A stretch of DNA of 64,000 nucleotides from Eledone cirrhosa (Eukaryota), in NCBI GenBank assembly GCA_964016885.1, contig OZ024745.1, forward strand, positions 117,056,001-117,120,000, written 5' to 3'. The position numbers were made by a program, and so were the translations under genes. This document shows, one piece after another, positions 25,015-36,754 of the stretch. Position 1 is the stretch's first letter. Each line of letters starts with the position of its first letter. Below the pieces are notes generated by a model, which had not been told where the DNA came from, did no database searches, and saw nothing but the letters and a program-made list of their open reading frames with translations.

Positions 25015-26277
25015 ATCATCATCATCGTTTAACGTCCATGTTCCACGCTTGCATGGGTTTGGACGGGAGTTTTCCCACTTGAGGCAAGAGTGGTTGTCTT
25101 GCTCGCATAGGACTGTCTGGCGGGTTTTCTACCAACCACATTTACAGTGTGGGGCTGGGAGGTTTTTACCGTGTTGCCTACACGGCCACATTACAGCGTG
25201 GACTGTCTGGCGGGTTTTCTACAGCTGGATGCCCTTCCTAACACCAACCACATTTACAGTGTGGGGCTGAGAGGTTTTTACCGTGTTGCCTACACGGCCA
25301 CATTACAGCGTGGACTGTCTGGCAGGTTTTCTACTGCTGGATGCCATTCCTAACAACAACCACATTTACAGTGTGGGGCTGGGAGGTTTTTACCGTGTTG
25401 CCTACACGACCACATTTACAGTGTGGACTGTGTTTTTTTTTTTTTTTTGTCGTGACACCTACACGATCTCATGTTTCGGACTGGATTTTGTGGCACCAAC
25501 ATAACTTTACATTGCTGAGTACCGCCAAAGGTCTCGGTCCAGTGACATTGTCTTGGAGAGGTGTAAGTGTGTGAGGTCGGAATTTATCAGCTCGTCCCAG
25601 GTTTTTCTGGGTCTGCCTACTCCGTGGCTACCGTCTATCTTTATTGCCCTGCACTTTGCTACACAGCTGTCGTCTTTCATGCGCATCACGTGACCATACC
25701 AACGTAGCTTTCTCTCGAGTAAACAACATCTGATCCCTCTTATTTCTAATTTTTTCCTTAGTTCGTTTATGCTTTGCCGTTCGCGTATATTACTATTACA
25801 CATCCAGCGGAGCATGCAAGCTTCGTTTCTCTCCAGTCTGCGTATATCCTCTGCACACAATGCCCAGGTCTCACTGCCATGCAACATTGCTGTTCGTATG
25901 CAGGCATCATACAACCTGCCTTTCATTTTTAGGGAGAACCCTTTAGCTGCTAATAGTGGTATAAACTCTCTGAACTTTTTCCATCCAGTTCTGACTCTAG
26001 CTACTGTACTTTCAGAGCACCCTCCCCCACTGCTGATTTTGTCACCCAGGTAACGGAAGCTGTCCACTATTTCTATAGAACCCTCTGCGCAATTGAAAGA
26101 GCTAGTATTTAGTGGGCACTTGCTGCTACTTATTGCACCAGAGCGCCGGCCACATGTAAAATCTGTGTTCTTACCTGTGATCCCACTACATCTTTTATGC
26201 ACCCATACTTTGCAATTGGGACATAAAATGGAGTTTCTACCTACGCCTTTCCTACACACTGAGCATGGCCATTTGAC
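25015..26277 (-). mobile_element. RTE LINE family B 3' fragment, including the PHD-like finger and a 3' UTR with internal tandem duplication
   Basis: ORF 25507-26259 (CRKGVGRNSILCPNCKVWVHKRCSG...MLHGSETW). It is an inverted, highly similar copy of 20881-21944. Confidence 0.92.
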
Positions 26278-27065
26278 GATATATCAACATTTCAGATCTT
26301 TGTCTTACTTTCTCTCATAGTGATAACTCACATAGTCATTGATTCAAACCTTTCAACTAGTCATTGTACCGTACCCTTCTACAGAAGACAACAATATCTA
26401 TTTCTGTTTGGCTGATAAATATGTTCTACTTTTCAAAATTGAGTAGTTAGTATTAGTACGGGCACTCAGCCAGAAAACCAATTATTGTTTGAGCCAACAT
26501 GAGTCTCTACTTCATTGATCAGCATGCTGAGAAATGCGAGGATATCTACTGTCGGAGCTAACATGGGTGTGAAGCAGTTTTTAAATTGATGTTCAACATA
26601 TACTTCTGACAATCTAAAAATATAAGTGATTCCCAAATATTGAATGTATATAATTTGAAAGAAAATAGTAATGCTGAAAAATACAGAAGTACAAATTTAG
26701 TTCTGCAATTCATGCCAGCATGATAAAACTAAAGTAAAATGGTAATGATTAAGCTATGAACATCATCATGATCATTTTACATCTACTTTCCATGTTGGCA
26801 TAAATAGAAATCAGTTATTTAAGGGCTGTATATGAAAAGCTGCCAATTTATGATGAGAAAATTGTCTAAAATTTGAATATTTTAATGAAAGTGAAAACAC
26901 TTGCGATCCCTTTTTTATTTTTTTTTTTATTTTATTTTAAATATGTTAAAGATGAACATGGCAGTGGGTTGCAAAATTGTTTAATTATATTGCTTTAGCT
27001 TTTGCATTTAAATGTTAAGGACAAATTTGCTTTTCATCTCACTGAAGTCATGTTATCAACTATAC

Positions 27066-27840
27066 CTTCTTCTTCTTCACCCACTTATTCCTGGGAGGGT
27101 TGTTGGGGCAGTCATCAAACACTCCTTCCAGCGTGTCCTGTCAGAAGCAACTGTCTCCAACTGATCTGGCTTGATCCCCAAGTGAGACCAGCCAAGCTCA
27201 TGGCTGTTATCCAACCATCTTGTTCGTCGTCTATCTCTGAGTCTCTTGGTTGGTTTTGCACATAAAATCTGTCCAGTGATTCTTTCCTGAGACATTCTAA
27301 CCACACGCCCATAGTATTGGAGCTGTAATCTCTCACTTCGGAGAAGCAGTGGCTCTACCTGGAGTGACTCTCTGATCTCCAAGCTACGCACTCTATTGAG
27401 TAACGTTACTCCAAAGACCCTTCAGAGGAACCCTATTTCAGCCGCTTATATTCTTCTGGTGATTACACAAGACCATAGGTAAGGTTTGGCACGAAAACCA
27501 AAATGAAGACGAATTTGACTTTAATTCCTTCTTGCCTTCTTCTGATTACTGAATGCTGGAGCTGGTACATTACTGTACCAGCTTTTGCAATTCTTGGATT
27601 TAATTCAGTCTTCTGCATTCCATCACTCATGAACACAGCCCCGAGGTACTTGAACTTCTCTACCTGCTTCAGTTGAACTCCATTCACATGTGGCGTGCAC
27701 TGTGCAGGCTTGCTTGAGAGCACGAGTGTCTTAGTTTTTGCAGAATTCAGCATCAAACCTATCAGATGCAAGTCGAAGATCTTGCCAGTTGAGTAACACC
27801 ATGTTGTCTGCAAATTCCAGCCAACTGATTTGATACCCAA
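27066..27840 (-). mobile_element. RTE-like LINE family C 3' fragment
   Basis: KTKTLVLS...QVEKFKYLG, ERLQLQYYGRVVRMSQER..RRTRW, and a (GAA)n tail. Confidence 0.8.
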
Positions 27841-28724
27841 ATTATGTGGATTTATTAAAGATGAACAAATATAAATGAAACAAAAATGGTGGGGAAATGT
27901 ATTCATTCTTTAAAAGAAATGCTAGAAGTTGGTTAACAGCTCTTGAGATGACCTAGATAGTCTTGAAGTAAAACAGTTTTAGGAAGCTAGATTAGACAAA
28001 TCCAATTTGAGAAAAGCACTATGAATCGGCCTATTTTGTGCCTTCATAGAAAGATGGTCCTAAGATAAATTCATGTGGTAGACAGTTGCAATCTACAGAT
28101 TTAACTTATGTAAATTGGCATGTCACTATATATATACATGTCAAGAACATTTGTTGTCTCATGGAAGATGTACTGTTACTCACTTTGGACTCCTTTCTAA
28201 ACACTCCTTTATCAGTATGTTTGATTCCAGCTATCAAATTGTTGGGCTCCATTATACATTGTCTCCACTTGTACACATTAATTCCACACTTTGTCTTTGG
28301 ACCCCTATCTTTATCCTTCCTGTATGCACTTCCTTTTATTTAGCTGGGAGTAAGACAGTTTGTTTTTGTTTTTTTTACAGCCAAATGGCCAGCATTTGCA
28401 TTCATAGCTAACGCATTGATGTTATAGAAGCATGGTTTTAGTGCAGGGTATATTGGCTTTCTGGAAAACAGACATTCCTTCATTTGTTCTGGACTAGATG
28501 TGTATGATTTTCATCAGATATCTCTGGTATATTTCCAGCTTATGGACGTGTTGCTTATAACTTGTTCATGTTTCCACACTATAAACCAGGAACAGTAATA
28601 TAACTCACATAATTTGAAACGCCTTCAGTTTGAATCATGACCTTCAAACAACCAACAGATATTTTGGTACATATTATCTACTGTTGGATATCCTCATTGA
28701 TATCTGCAGGCTGTTGTATGTAAC

Positions 28725-29831
28725 TACCTAGATATAACATCGCGCCCTTATGTTTGTATGTCTGGCTGTCTGCATTACGACTGTGTGTGTGTGTGGGTGT
28801 GGTGTGTGACGTTTTTCAAAATATTTACTTCTGCATTCAGATTGAATTTTTTTTTTTTTTAGTTTCAGAAGATCCTGTTAAGATTGAAAGCAGTGATTCT
28901 TTGCTTAAACTTTAATCTGTTATTTTAATATCATCATCATCATCATCATCGTTTAACGTCCCTGTTCCACACTTGCATGGGTTTGGACGGGGGTTTTCCC
29001 ACTTGAGGCAAGAGTGGTTGTCTTGCTCGCATAGGACTGTCTGGCGGGTTTTCTACAGCTGGATGCCCTTCCTAACACCAACCACATTTACAGTGTGAGA
29101 CTGGGAGGTTTTTACCGTGTTGCCTACACGGTCACATTACAGCGTGGACTGTGTGTTTTTTTGTCGTGACACCTACACGATCTCGTTTGTTTCGGCCTGG
29201 ATGTTGTGGCACCAACATAACTTTGCATTGAAGGGGGCGGTGTGGATGGGGTGTGACGGGGGTGTATTTTGTTAGAGATGCCTACTGACTAGTAGGTTTT
29301 ACTTTGTATTTAGGTAAGGCGGGTCTTCTCTGTTACTGAGTACCGCCAAAGGTCTCGGTCCAGTGACATTGTCTTGGAGAGGTGTGTGTGAGGTCGGAAT
29401 TTATCAGCTCGTCCCAGGTTTTCCTGGGTCTGCCTACTCCGTGGCTACCATCTATCTTTATTGCCCTGCACTTTGTTATACAGCTGTCGTCTTTCATGCG
29501 CATCACGTGACCATACCAACGTAACCTTCTCTCGAATATATATATATATATATATATATAATTATATATTCGTGTACAGATATTTTTGCATAATATAAAC
29601 AAACATATTTATTTCATGAGGCTCGACGGCAGCAAAAATGAGAGGAACGCAATTATATGCTTTTGAAAAATTTTAATGGAAAATTTTTTGCCTATTCACC
29701 CAAGGCGACTTCACTTTTTATTAGGACTTCTGCATCAATTGATAAACATACAACGAAACTGTTTCAGAAAGGAGGGATAAACATGCCAATCTGTTTAGAA
29801 TCCCAAGTAACACCGGGCCATTCTGCTAGTA
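28725..29831 (-). mobile_element. Non-autonomous Helitron/Helentron-like element interrupted by an RTE fragment
   Basis: Terminus reads 'tactagcagaatggcccggtgttacttggga' on the reverse strand. 28807-28930 and 29560-29626 are reverse complements of parts of 30159-30490. Confidence 0.55.
28930..29535 (-). mobile_element. RTE family B 3' fragment
   Basis: ERRLRWYGHVMRMKDDSCITKC...GRPRKTW, then 3' UTR and (GAT)n. Confidence 0.9.
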
Positions 29832-30158
29832 TTCATTAAAAATACTCCTTCCTCGTATAACAATATTAAAATTAGAGGACAAAAAGATTAAATGCTGAAA
29901 ATATTGGCAACTGTTCCGACAAAATAAGGGGAAAGTCATTCTCTTCAACAGCCATATCCCCCTAAGAATAAGTATTGCTATGTGGAATAGTTATTAGAGG
30001 CAGCTGTACTTACATTCAGAACTGATTTATTGTCTTTTTCTGCTAAGTTTCCATTCCTCTCATAGAAAGTTATCATAAGGACCAGAAATAAGTCCATAAA
30101 AGGACAATCAGTGAAGCGGGTGAACAAGCAGTAATACATGAAGACTATTTTATACAAA

Positions 30159-30500
30159 TACTAGCAGAATGGCCCGGCGTTGCTCGGGATTTGCTCTAGG
30201 GTTCTTATATATTTGATATATATTTATCCTTATCGAGCCTCATGAAATAAATACGTTTGTTTATATTTTGTTATTGTGTATGCAAAAATATCTGTACACA
30301 AATATATAATTATATATAATATATAATTATATATATGCAAAAATATCTGTACACGAATATCTATATTAAAATAACATTAAAGTTTAAGCAAAGAATCGCT
30401 GCTTTCAACCTTAACAGGATCTTCTGAAACTAAAAAATATCAATCTGTGAACGCAGATGTAAATGTTTCAAAAAATGTTACACACTACATCTATATATCT
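30159..30500 (+). mobile_element. Non-autonomous Helitron/Helentron-like element (second copy, opposite orientation)
   Basis: Starts 'tactagcagaatggcccggcgttgctcggg' (ACTAG followed by a GC hairpin). Internal sequence is the inverse of 28807-29626. Confidence 0.55.
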
Positions 30501-30510
30501 ATATATATAT

Positions 30511-30843
30511 GGAGGCACATGGCTTAGTGGTTAGAGCATTGGCCTTACAATCGAAAGGTTGTGAGTTCAATTTTCAGACCGGGTGATGTGTTGTTTCCTT
30601 GAGCAAGACACTTTATTTCACATTGCTCCAGTTTACTCAGCTGTAGAAATGAGATGATAGGGACTGGGGTCCCTATCATTGCACTGCAAAGTGGACGTGG
30701 AGGTGCCACGGTAAAAAAGCACCCAGCACTCACTGTAAATGAGGTTGGTGTTAGGAAGGGCATCCAGCTGTAGAAATCAAGCCAAAATCAGTTCCCGTCC
30801 CACCTTTGCAAGCAGGGAAGAGTGGACGTAAAATGATGATGAT
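30511..30843 (+). mobile_element. tRNA-head CORE-like SINE with RTE family A tail
   Basis: A-box 'tggcttagtggttag', B-box 'gagttcaattt', CORE-like 'ccttgagcaagacacttta', and 3' tail 'ttgcaagcagggaagagtggacgtaaaa(tga)n'. Confidence 0.8.
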
Positions 30844-30856
30844 ATCTATATATATA

Positions 30857-30906
<50 letters not shown>

Positions 30907-30913
<7 letters not shown>

Positions 30914-31064
30914 AAAAAAAGATGAAATCGAAAATGCAACTGGAGTCTTTTATTTAAAAAAAATATATATTTTAAAAATAAATATATATATTTATTTTTA
31001 AAATATATATTTTTTTTAAATAAGACTCCAGTTGCATTTTCGATTTCATCTTTTTTTCTTTATA
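30907..31064. repeat. ~158 bp near-perfect palindrome
   Basis: 'tataaagaaaaaaagatgaaatcgaaaatgcaactggagtctt...' is mirrored by '...aagactccagttgcattttcgatttcatctttttttctttata'. There is no spacer and one 2-nt bulge. Confidence 0.9.
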
Positions 31065-31262
31065 CTTTCACTCGTGTAGGACACCTCGGTTATTTTTCAT
31101 TTTGTAAAAAAAACCTCACTTTCTAAGATATAGATACAGATATAGATATATATATATAGATATAGATATAGATAATGTAGGTGAGTTTTATTGTAGCACA
31201 ATAAAGTAATGCAAATATCGGATAAGTAGCACTCTACAGTTTGTAGGACTGGAGTATAAATA

Positions 31263-31351
31263 ATATAAGATCAAAAGATGGTTAAAAGCGTTCCAAGAAA
31301 TGTGCATAATAAAATACTTGGAATTCTTTTAACCATCTTTTGATCTTATAT
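31263..31351. repeat. 35-bp inverted repeat, 19-nt loop
   Basis: atataagatcaaaagatggttaaaagcgttccaag pairs with cttggaattcttttaaccatcttttgatcttatat (2 mismatches). The loop plus right arm recurs at ~13893-13941. Confidence 0.9.
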
Positions 31352-31800
31352 GAGAGTGAGTTTTTTACACGTATGTAAACTCCCCCCCCCCCTTTGTATT
31401 TGTCCCAATCTTTGATGCCCTGGTGGCAAATAAATAGAATATACCGGTTCATGACAAGATCTACAGGCACGGACGCCCCGGCAGGGATCCTTCCAAGAGG
31501 ACATGTCCAAGATGCGCGCAGGAGATTGAAACAGTCCTGCATGCAATTGTACACTGCCCGGGCGTAACTGACCTGTGGAACTATGCAGAACAACTGCTGT
31601 CGCATATGGGACAAATCCAGTTGACTGCCAAGTCCATAGTAAGGATCAAACCGCCAGCCTCTTTCAAAAACGAAAGAGAGGCGGTTTTCCTCTGTACGGT
31701 GGCTATGGTGGAAGAAGTTATATGGTGGACGAGGTTGAGAGGACTGAGGACAGATGCCTTTCTCTCCGGACAACAATTGATTCCCTTCTTTAAGTATCAC
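31282..31800 (-). pseudogene. Frameshifted RING-finger-like ORF downstream of a TATA/Inr
   Basis: One frame gives WICPICDSSCSA*; the adjacent frame gives ...YNCMQDCFNLLRASWTCPLGRIP (RING C-terminal CPLCR-like). TATAAATA at 31911-31904 with CCA+1TTTT at 31880. Confidence 0.45.
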
Positions 31801-33649
31801 TTTAGAAGGAGAATCAGGGTGGAGAGAGAGGCACTACACCCCAGTAAATTTACTGAAAGGTAGGTGAATGAAGCGAAAATGGCTCGAGTGATTGGGCCTT
31901 CTCTATTTATAAGCCTGTAGGTTGAGGAACAGAGCAAAAGGAAGAAAGGACCACTTGCACAACACGCTCCTGGAGTTGAGGGTTGTTCTATTAACGGGGT
32001 ATTAAACAACCCATTTGTGGCGCCTCCCTCCCTGTTAGGGATTTCAATTGTTGTAATTGTTTGTTTTTTATATTTTTTACACGACTGTATGTAAAATCCC
32101 CGGCATGTCTTTGTATTGTCCCCTTTTCTTGTGCGCCCTTGTGGCTAATAAAGAAATATATCTAAAAAGAGTGAGAGAGAGAGAGATCGCTATATCGCCT
32201 AATGCGGTCCCTAGGGCATTGAAAATTTGAAATATTTTTTGCTCTAGATATATAGATAAGTGTCTCCTGTCATAATATTCTATTATATTCAACCTTTTCG
32301 CTCTATATTGATCTATGACTCAACATATTTTCTACATTTTCTTTACATTGTTTTCTATACTGATTGCATTACAATGATATCCTACAATATGTAGGTAGAC
32401 ATAACCACACACCAACTCCAACTATATGCTTGCAAATCAGAATCCCATATCCACAAATGGTATTGTGCATTCTCATTTAGCTTGACTGAATCAAAAATAT
32501 TATGCGGATGATTGAGTTTTGTATTAATGCCAATAATTCAATATCAAACCCTTTAGCCTGCACTACTCTTTAAGATGTTTAAATAAATCATCATCATCAT
32601 CATTATTTAGCAGCCATATTCCCTGCTAGAAAGGAAATTCGTTTTCAAATTTAAGAAATTAATTTTTTTCATCTTATATATATTTTTAATAGCTCTTTCA
32701 TTTGTACTGTTACTTTGTGCTTATTCACGATTCTTAACAAAAGTCGGTAGGGCAATGAACAGAATATCTCATGGTATGTAACCACACCCTGTTGCATTCT
32801 GAGTTCAAATCTAGCTGCAATCAACTTTTTAGGATTATTAAAATATAGTACCCCAAAATGTGCAACCTTGTGCCAGTGTTAGAAATCATTGTTGGTCCTG
32901 TGGTTCGTAAGAGAGTACTGCTGGTCTAAATTATTCTATGACTATTACATGTTCCAGCTGAGGGGCTGATGCCATGCTGGGGCACCGTGTAATTTCATCC
33001 TTCTAGATTTGCAATTGTAATCCAGTACTTGATGAAATAAGTATCAATAAATATACAGATTAATTCAATCAACAATACTCTTCTCTAATGATTTGACATT
33101 GTGACCATCGTCATTTTAACGTATGCTTTCTCTGCTAGCAACAGTTGGACAGGTCGATACAGACCAAGTCAGTACTGAAGTTGTCACTGATCTCCCAGGC
33201 AGGTTAGGGATCTGTGCCTTGCTTATGTGCGGTCTCGTGTTCCATCGAGTGCTTAGGAGAGGTTGTCCTGCTTTTGACACAACCCTTTGTTTGACAAGAT
33301 TTCTACAGCTAGATGCCCTTCCTATCACCAACAACTTTAGAGTGTACTGTGTGTGTTTATTGTGTAAATCACCACCACTAGGAGGTTGTCATGTCCTTGT
33401 CCTAACTGAAGGGTCCTGCCATGAAAATAACCTCTGGAATGATGCCATGATAAAATGCACCCAACACACCTTGTAAAGGGGTTGGGTTTAGGAAAGGCAT
33501 CCAGCCATAGAAACCCTGGAACATATGAGGCAGATATGGCCTTGCAATCAGCCAAGCCAGTCAGTAACTCCGAAAACTCGGGCCACTACAACACTTCCAA
33601 CCCATGCCAACATGGAAAGTAAATGTAAAATGTTGATGAGAGAGAAGAC

Positions 33650-33872
33650 TGCATTGGTATGGACATGTGATGTGCATAAACGATGAGCACTAGGTGAAGA
33701 AATGCCAGGAAATCCTAGTGGAAGGAAACCGCAGTAAAGGTAGATCAGGAAAGACCTGGTCAGAGAGATGATGAAGGAAGGCGATGTGTGGAGAGATGTA
33801 GTGTTGAGAAGGACCAGTCCAGCCCATGCAAGCATGGAAAAACAGATGTAAAAACAATGATGACGATGATGA
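33650..33872 (+). mobile_element. Old RTE 3' fragment
   Basis: RERRLHWYGHVMC...RKTW-like translation, tail 'catgcaagcatggaaaaacagatgtaaaa..gatgat'. A similar fragment lies at 35120-35390. Confidence 0.65.
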
Positions 33873-34131
33873 TAACTGTCTGCTGACAGTGAACTTCAAA
33901 GAATATCAAATATATAAAACTCATTCCAAGGCAGTTTGTTAGACTTAGGATTGTTCTTCATCTAGTTCAGTTTTGAATCGCATTAGGATAAACTTTGAAA
34001 CATTAAATATTTATAATTTATTGATATTTATACGATTGCCTAATCTCAATTTACTGCAGATTTTGCTTCATACATGGTTTAAAAACCATCATTCATTTAA
34101 GGGACATAGAAGTAGAAAACTTTTATAGACA

Positions 34132-34886
34132 GCAGCTGTTTGAATGTTTCAGAGAAATCAAAAAACTTAATCCAAGATTGCTCTGTTTTGTAAAGTTTGT
34201 GAGCGCTGCTGGTTAATTACTTTTTTATCCAGTCACTGTTTATTTTCATTAATCTAATATTTTAGAGATGGATTAGAATCGTAAAAAAAAAAGCAGAAAT
34301 TTCACGAGTGACAGTTTTATTTTATCCTATACTACTAATTTGAATACTTCAAATACAAGCAGCTGAAATTGGGTTTCCTCTGAAGGGTCTTTTCAGTACC
34401 ATTACTCGATAGTGTGTAGCTCAGAGATCGGGCATGTGGTTAGAATGTCTCAGGAAAGAATCGTTGGACAGATTTTATGGGCATAACCAACTGGCAGGAG
34501 ACCCAAAGCAAGATGGTTGGATAATATCCATGAAGTCAGCTAGTCTCGCTTGGGGATCCAGCCTGATCAGTTGGTGATGGTTGCTTCTGACAGGACCTGC
34601 TGGAAGGAGTGTTTGAGGACTCTGTCTCCACTACCCTCTCAGAATAAATGGGTGAAGGAGACTTCTAATTTGAAACAATTAGAAGTATAGGATAAAATAA
34701 AACTGTCACTCGTGAAATTTCTGCTTTTTTTTTTACAATTTTAATCCATCTCAAAAATATCAGATTAATTAAAATAAAGAGTGACTGGATAAAAAAAATT
34801 ATTATTCAGCAGCCTTCACAAACTTTACAAAACAGAGCAATCTTGGATTAAGATTTTTGATTTCTCTGAAACATGCAGACAGCTGC
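34132..34886. repeat. Foldback (~210 bp arms) with an RTE fragment inserted at the apex
   Basis: 34132-34340 is the reverse complement of 34677-34886. The central 34345-34660 RTE-C fragment is flanked by 14-bp direct repeats. Confidence 0.9.
34345..34660 (+). mobile_element. RTE family C 3' fragment with TSD
   Basis: Homologous to the reverse complement of 27066-27450. TSD actactaatttgaa (34331-34344) / acttctaatttgaa (34661-34674). Confidence 0.8.
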
Positions 34887-35589
34887 CTTGTAGTAACAGG
34901 AGCAGAGTGAGATTATCTAATAACAGTAAATGGGTACAAAAATATGACTAAACTTATCTAACCACATGTTGCAATTCTGAAAATATGTCATAAGAGAAGA
35001 AAATTTATAGATGAGTCATATGAGTAAGCAGTCTATTACAAAATGAAGCCTGTAGATGAATTACATTGTAAGGTTTGTTTTCATTAAATGAAAGCATTAG
35101 GTTACTGTAGTTAAAGAATCTGGGATGGTGTGTAGGAGAGGTTGTGTTGGTATGGGCATGTGATGCTCATGGATGATGATCAATGGATGAAAAAATACCA
35201 GGAAATGCCAGTGGAAGGAAGCCACAGTAGAGGTAGACAGAGAAAGACCTTGGTAGAAGTGGTGAGAGCTCAACTCAAATCACTGGGACTCACAGAGATG
35301 ACATAAAACGCAGTGAGTGAAGAGATTCTGTGCTGAGAATGACCTGTCCAACTCCTGCAAGCATGGAAAAACAAACATAAAAATGAGTTAACACTGTCTA
35401 AATATATTTGATATAGAGCTTTGTAGTTCCACACACACACTATTCTTCTCTCTGGCTTGAGAACATCATACATACTATAGCAGAATTTCCATGATATATG
35501 ATTAAACAAATAATGTATTTAATTATATGGTGATAATAGTTATAGCAGAATACATATCAAGTTCCCCTCAAACATTGATCATATGTTAT

Positions 35590-36560
35590 TGCTACAGAGA
35601 AATTAAACTTCTATTTGCAGAATGATTTCAGATGTCTTGTAGAGACTGTAATAGCCAGTCAGTATATAGACTTTTCAAAAGAAAACATTAAAAGTAAAGC
35701 TGAGGTTCCTTTGGAAATAGAGCCGACAACTCTATAGTCATCGACTATGAAAATGCATTTGACAATAGCACACCATGGAAAGTGAGACATAGTGGAATTT
35801 CTATAAACACTCTGGACTTGCATAAATGGATGTTTTGCAGAATTGTGCAAGGAAAAAAGCTGAGAGATTTTATATTAAGACAGGAGAGAAGCAGGGTTGT
35901 TTGACCAGATAAAGACCATCAACAAGAAAAAATGAACCCATTGGAGTTAGATCTACTTTCTAGAATTTGCACATGCTTTGGTCCACATTGTTATGCAGAA
36001 GTAGAAGGCCTCTGACTTATCCAGTTTTAAACAAATACAAAGAAAATATCACCACCTAGTTTGATACAAATGAAAGTTTTCAGGGTCTTGAATCCTTTAA
36101 GGTAGCCCCTCATGGAATGGAGAAATGCTAAGATCATTAAATTAGGGACATTTCAATTCAAGAATCTCTAGAGTATTACGTTAATCTTCAGTTCATTAAT
36201 CTTTACTTAATATAAAACTATCACTGATGTATAGTACAGTCATGAAGTAGGTGCAAATATTTTTGAACAGATATCTGTGAAACTGGTCTGTTAGGTAGGA
36301 GTAATAAAAAATCTCTGGCAAAAGGCTTCCATGAGAGATTCTAAGGCTCATTACACTAAACCAATATCAAATATCGCTAGAAGAGCTTAGATATGTAATA
36401 TTCAAATAAAGAAGTGTTGAAATGTAAGAAATAAATTGTCTCATGACTGAAATCCAGTTTGAATTCACTTGGCAACAGAGCAGCATAAGACCACAAACAC
36501 TGGAGGACTGTTGTTGATGACCTAAATTACATTAAATGCAAGCTTGTTTATCTTTTGGCT
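35590..36560 (+). mobile_element. Highly decayed LINE RT remnant
   Basis: Residual motifs such as FIVDYENAFD-like 'atcgactatgaaaatgcatttgac' and TGEKQGCL ('acaggagagaagcagggttgtttg'). Many stops. Confidence 0.45.
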
Positions 36561-36754
36561 TACTAAAAGAAAACCTGTACAGACCTACTTGATAACTAAA
36601 GCGTCTCTTTCATTGTAGTTAGTGAAGTGGAATTAAAATTAGCAATTATAATTCTCAGTTCCAAAGTAACAGCTATCTTGTATCAAACCGACAAGTTTAA
36701 AAACTGAAAAAATACTTCAAGCTATACTGAAATTTCAAAATTTATAGTATTTTC

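Noticed and set aside
30511-30580. Possible tRNA gene
   Set aside because: A/B boxes are present, but it continues into a CORE-like body and RTE tail and the cloverleaf is imperfect; it is a SINE head.
31499-31508. Perfect p53 half-site GGACATGTCC
   Set aside because: Single half-site with no adjacent second decamer; expected by chance.
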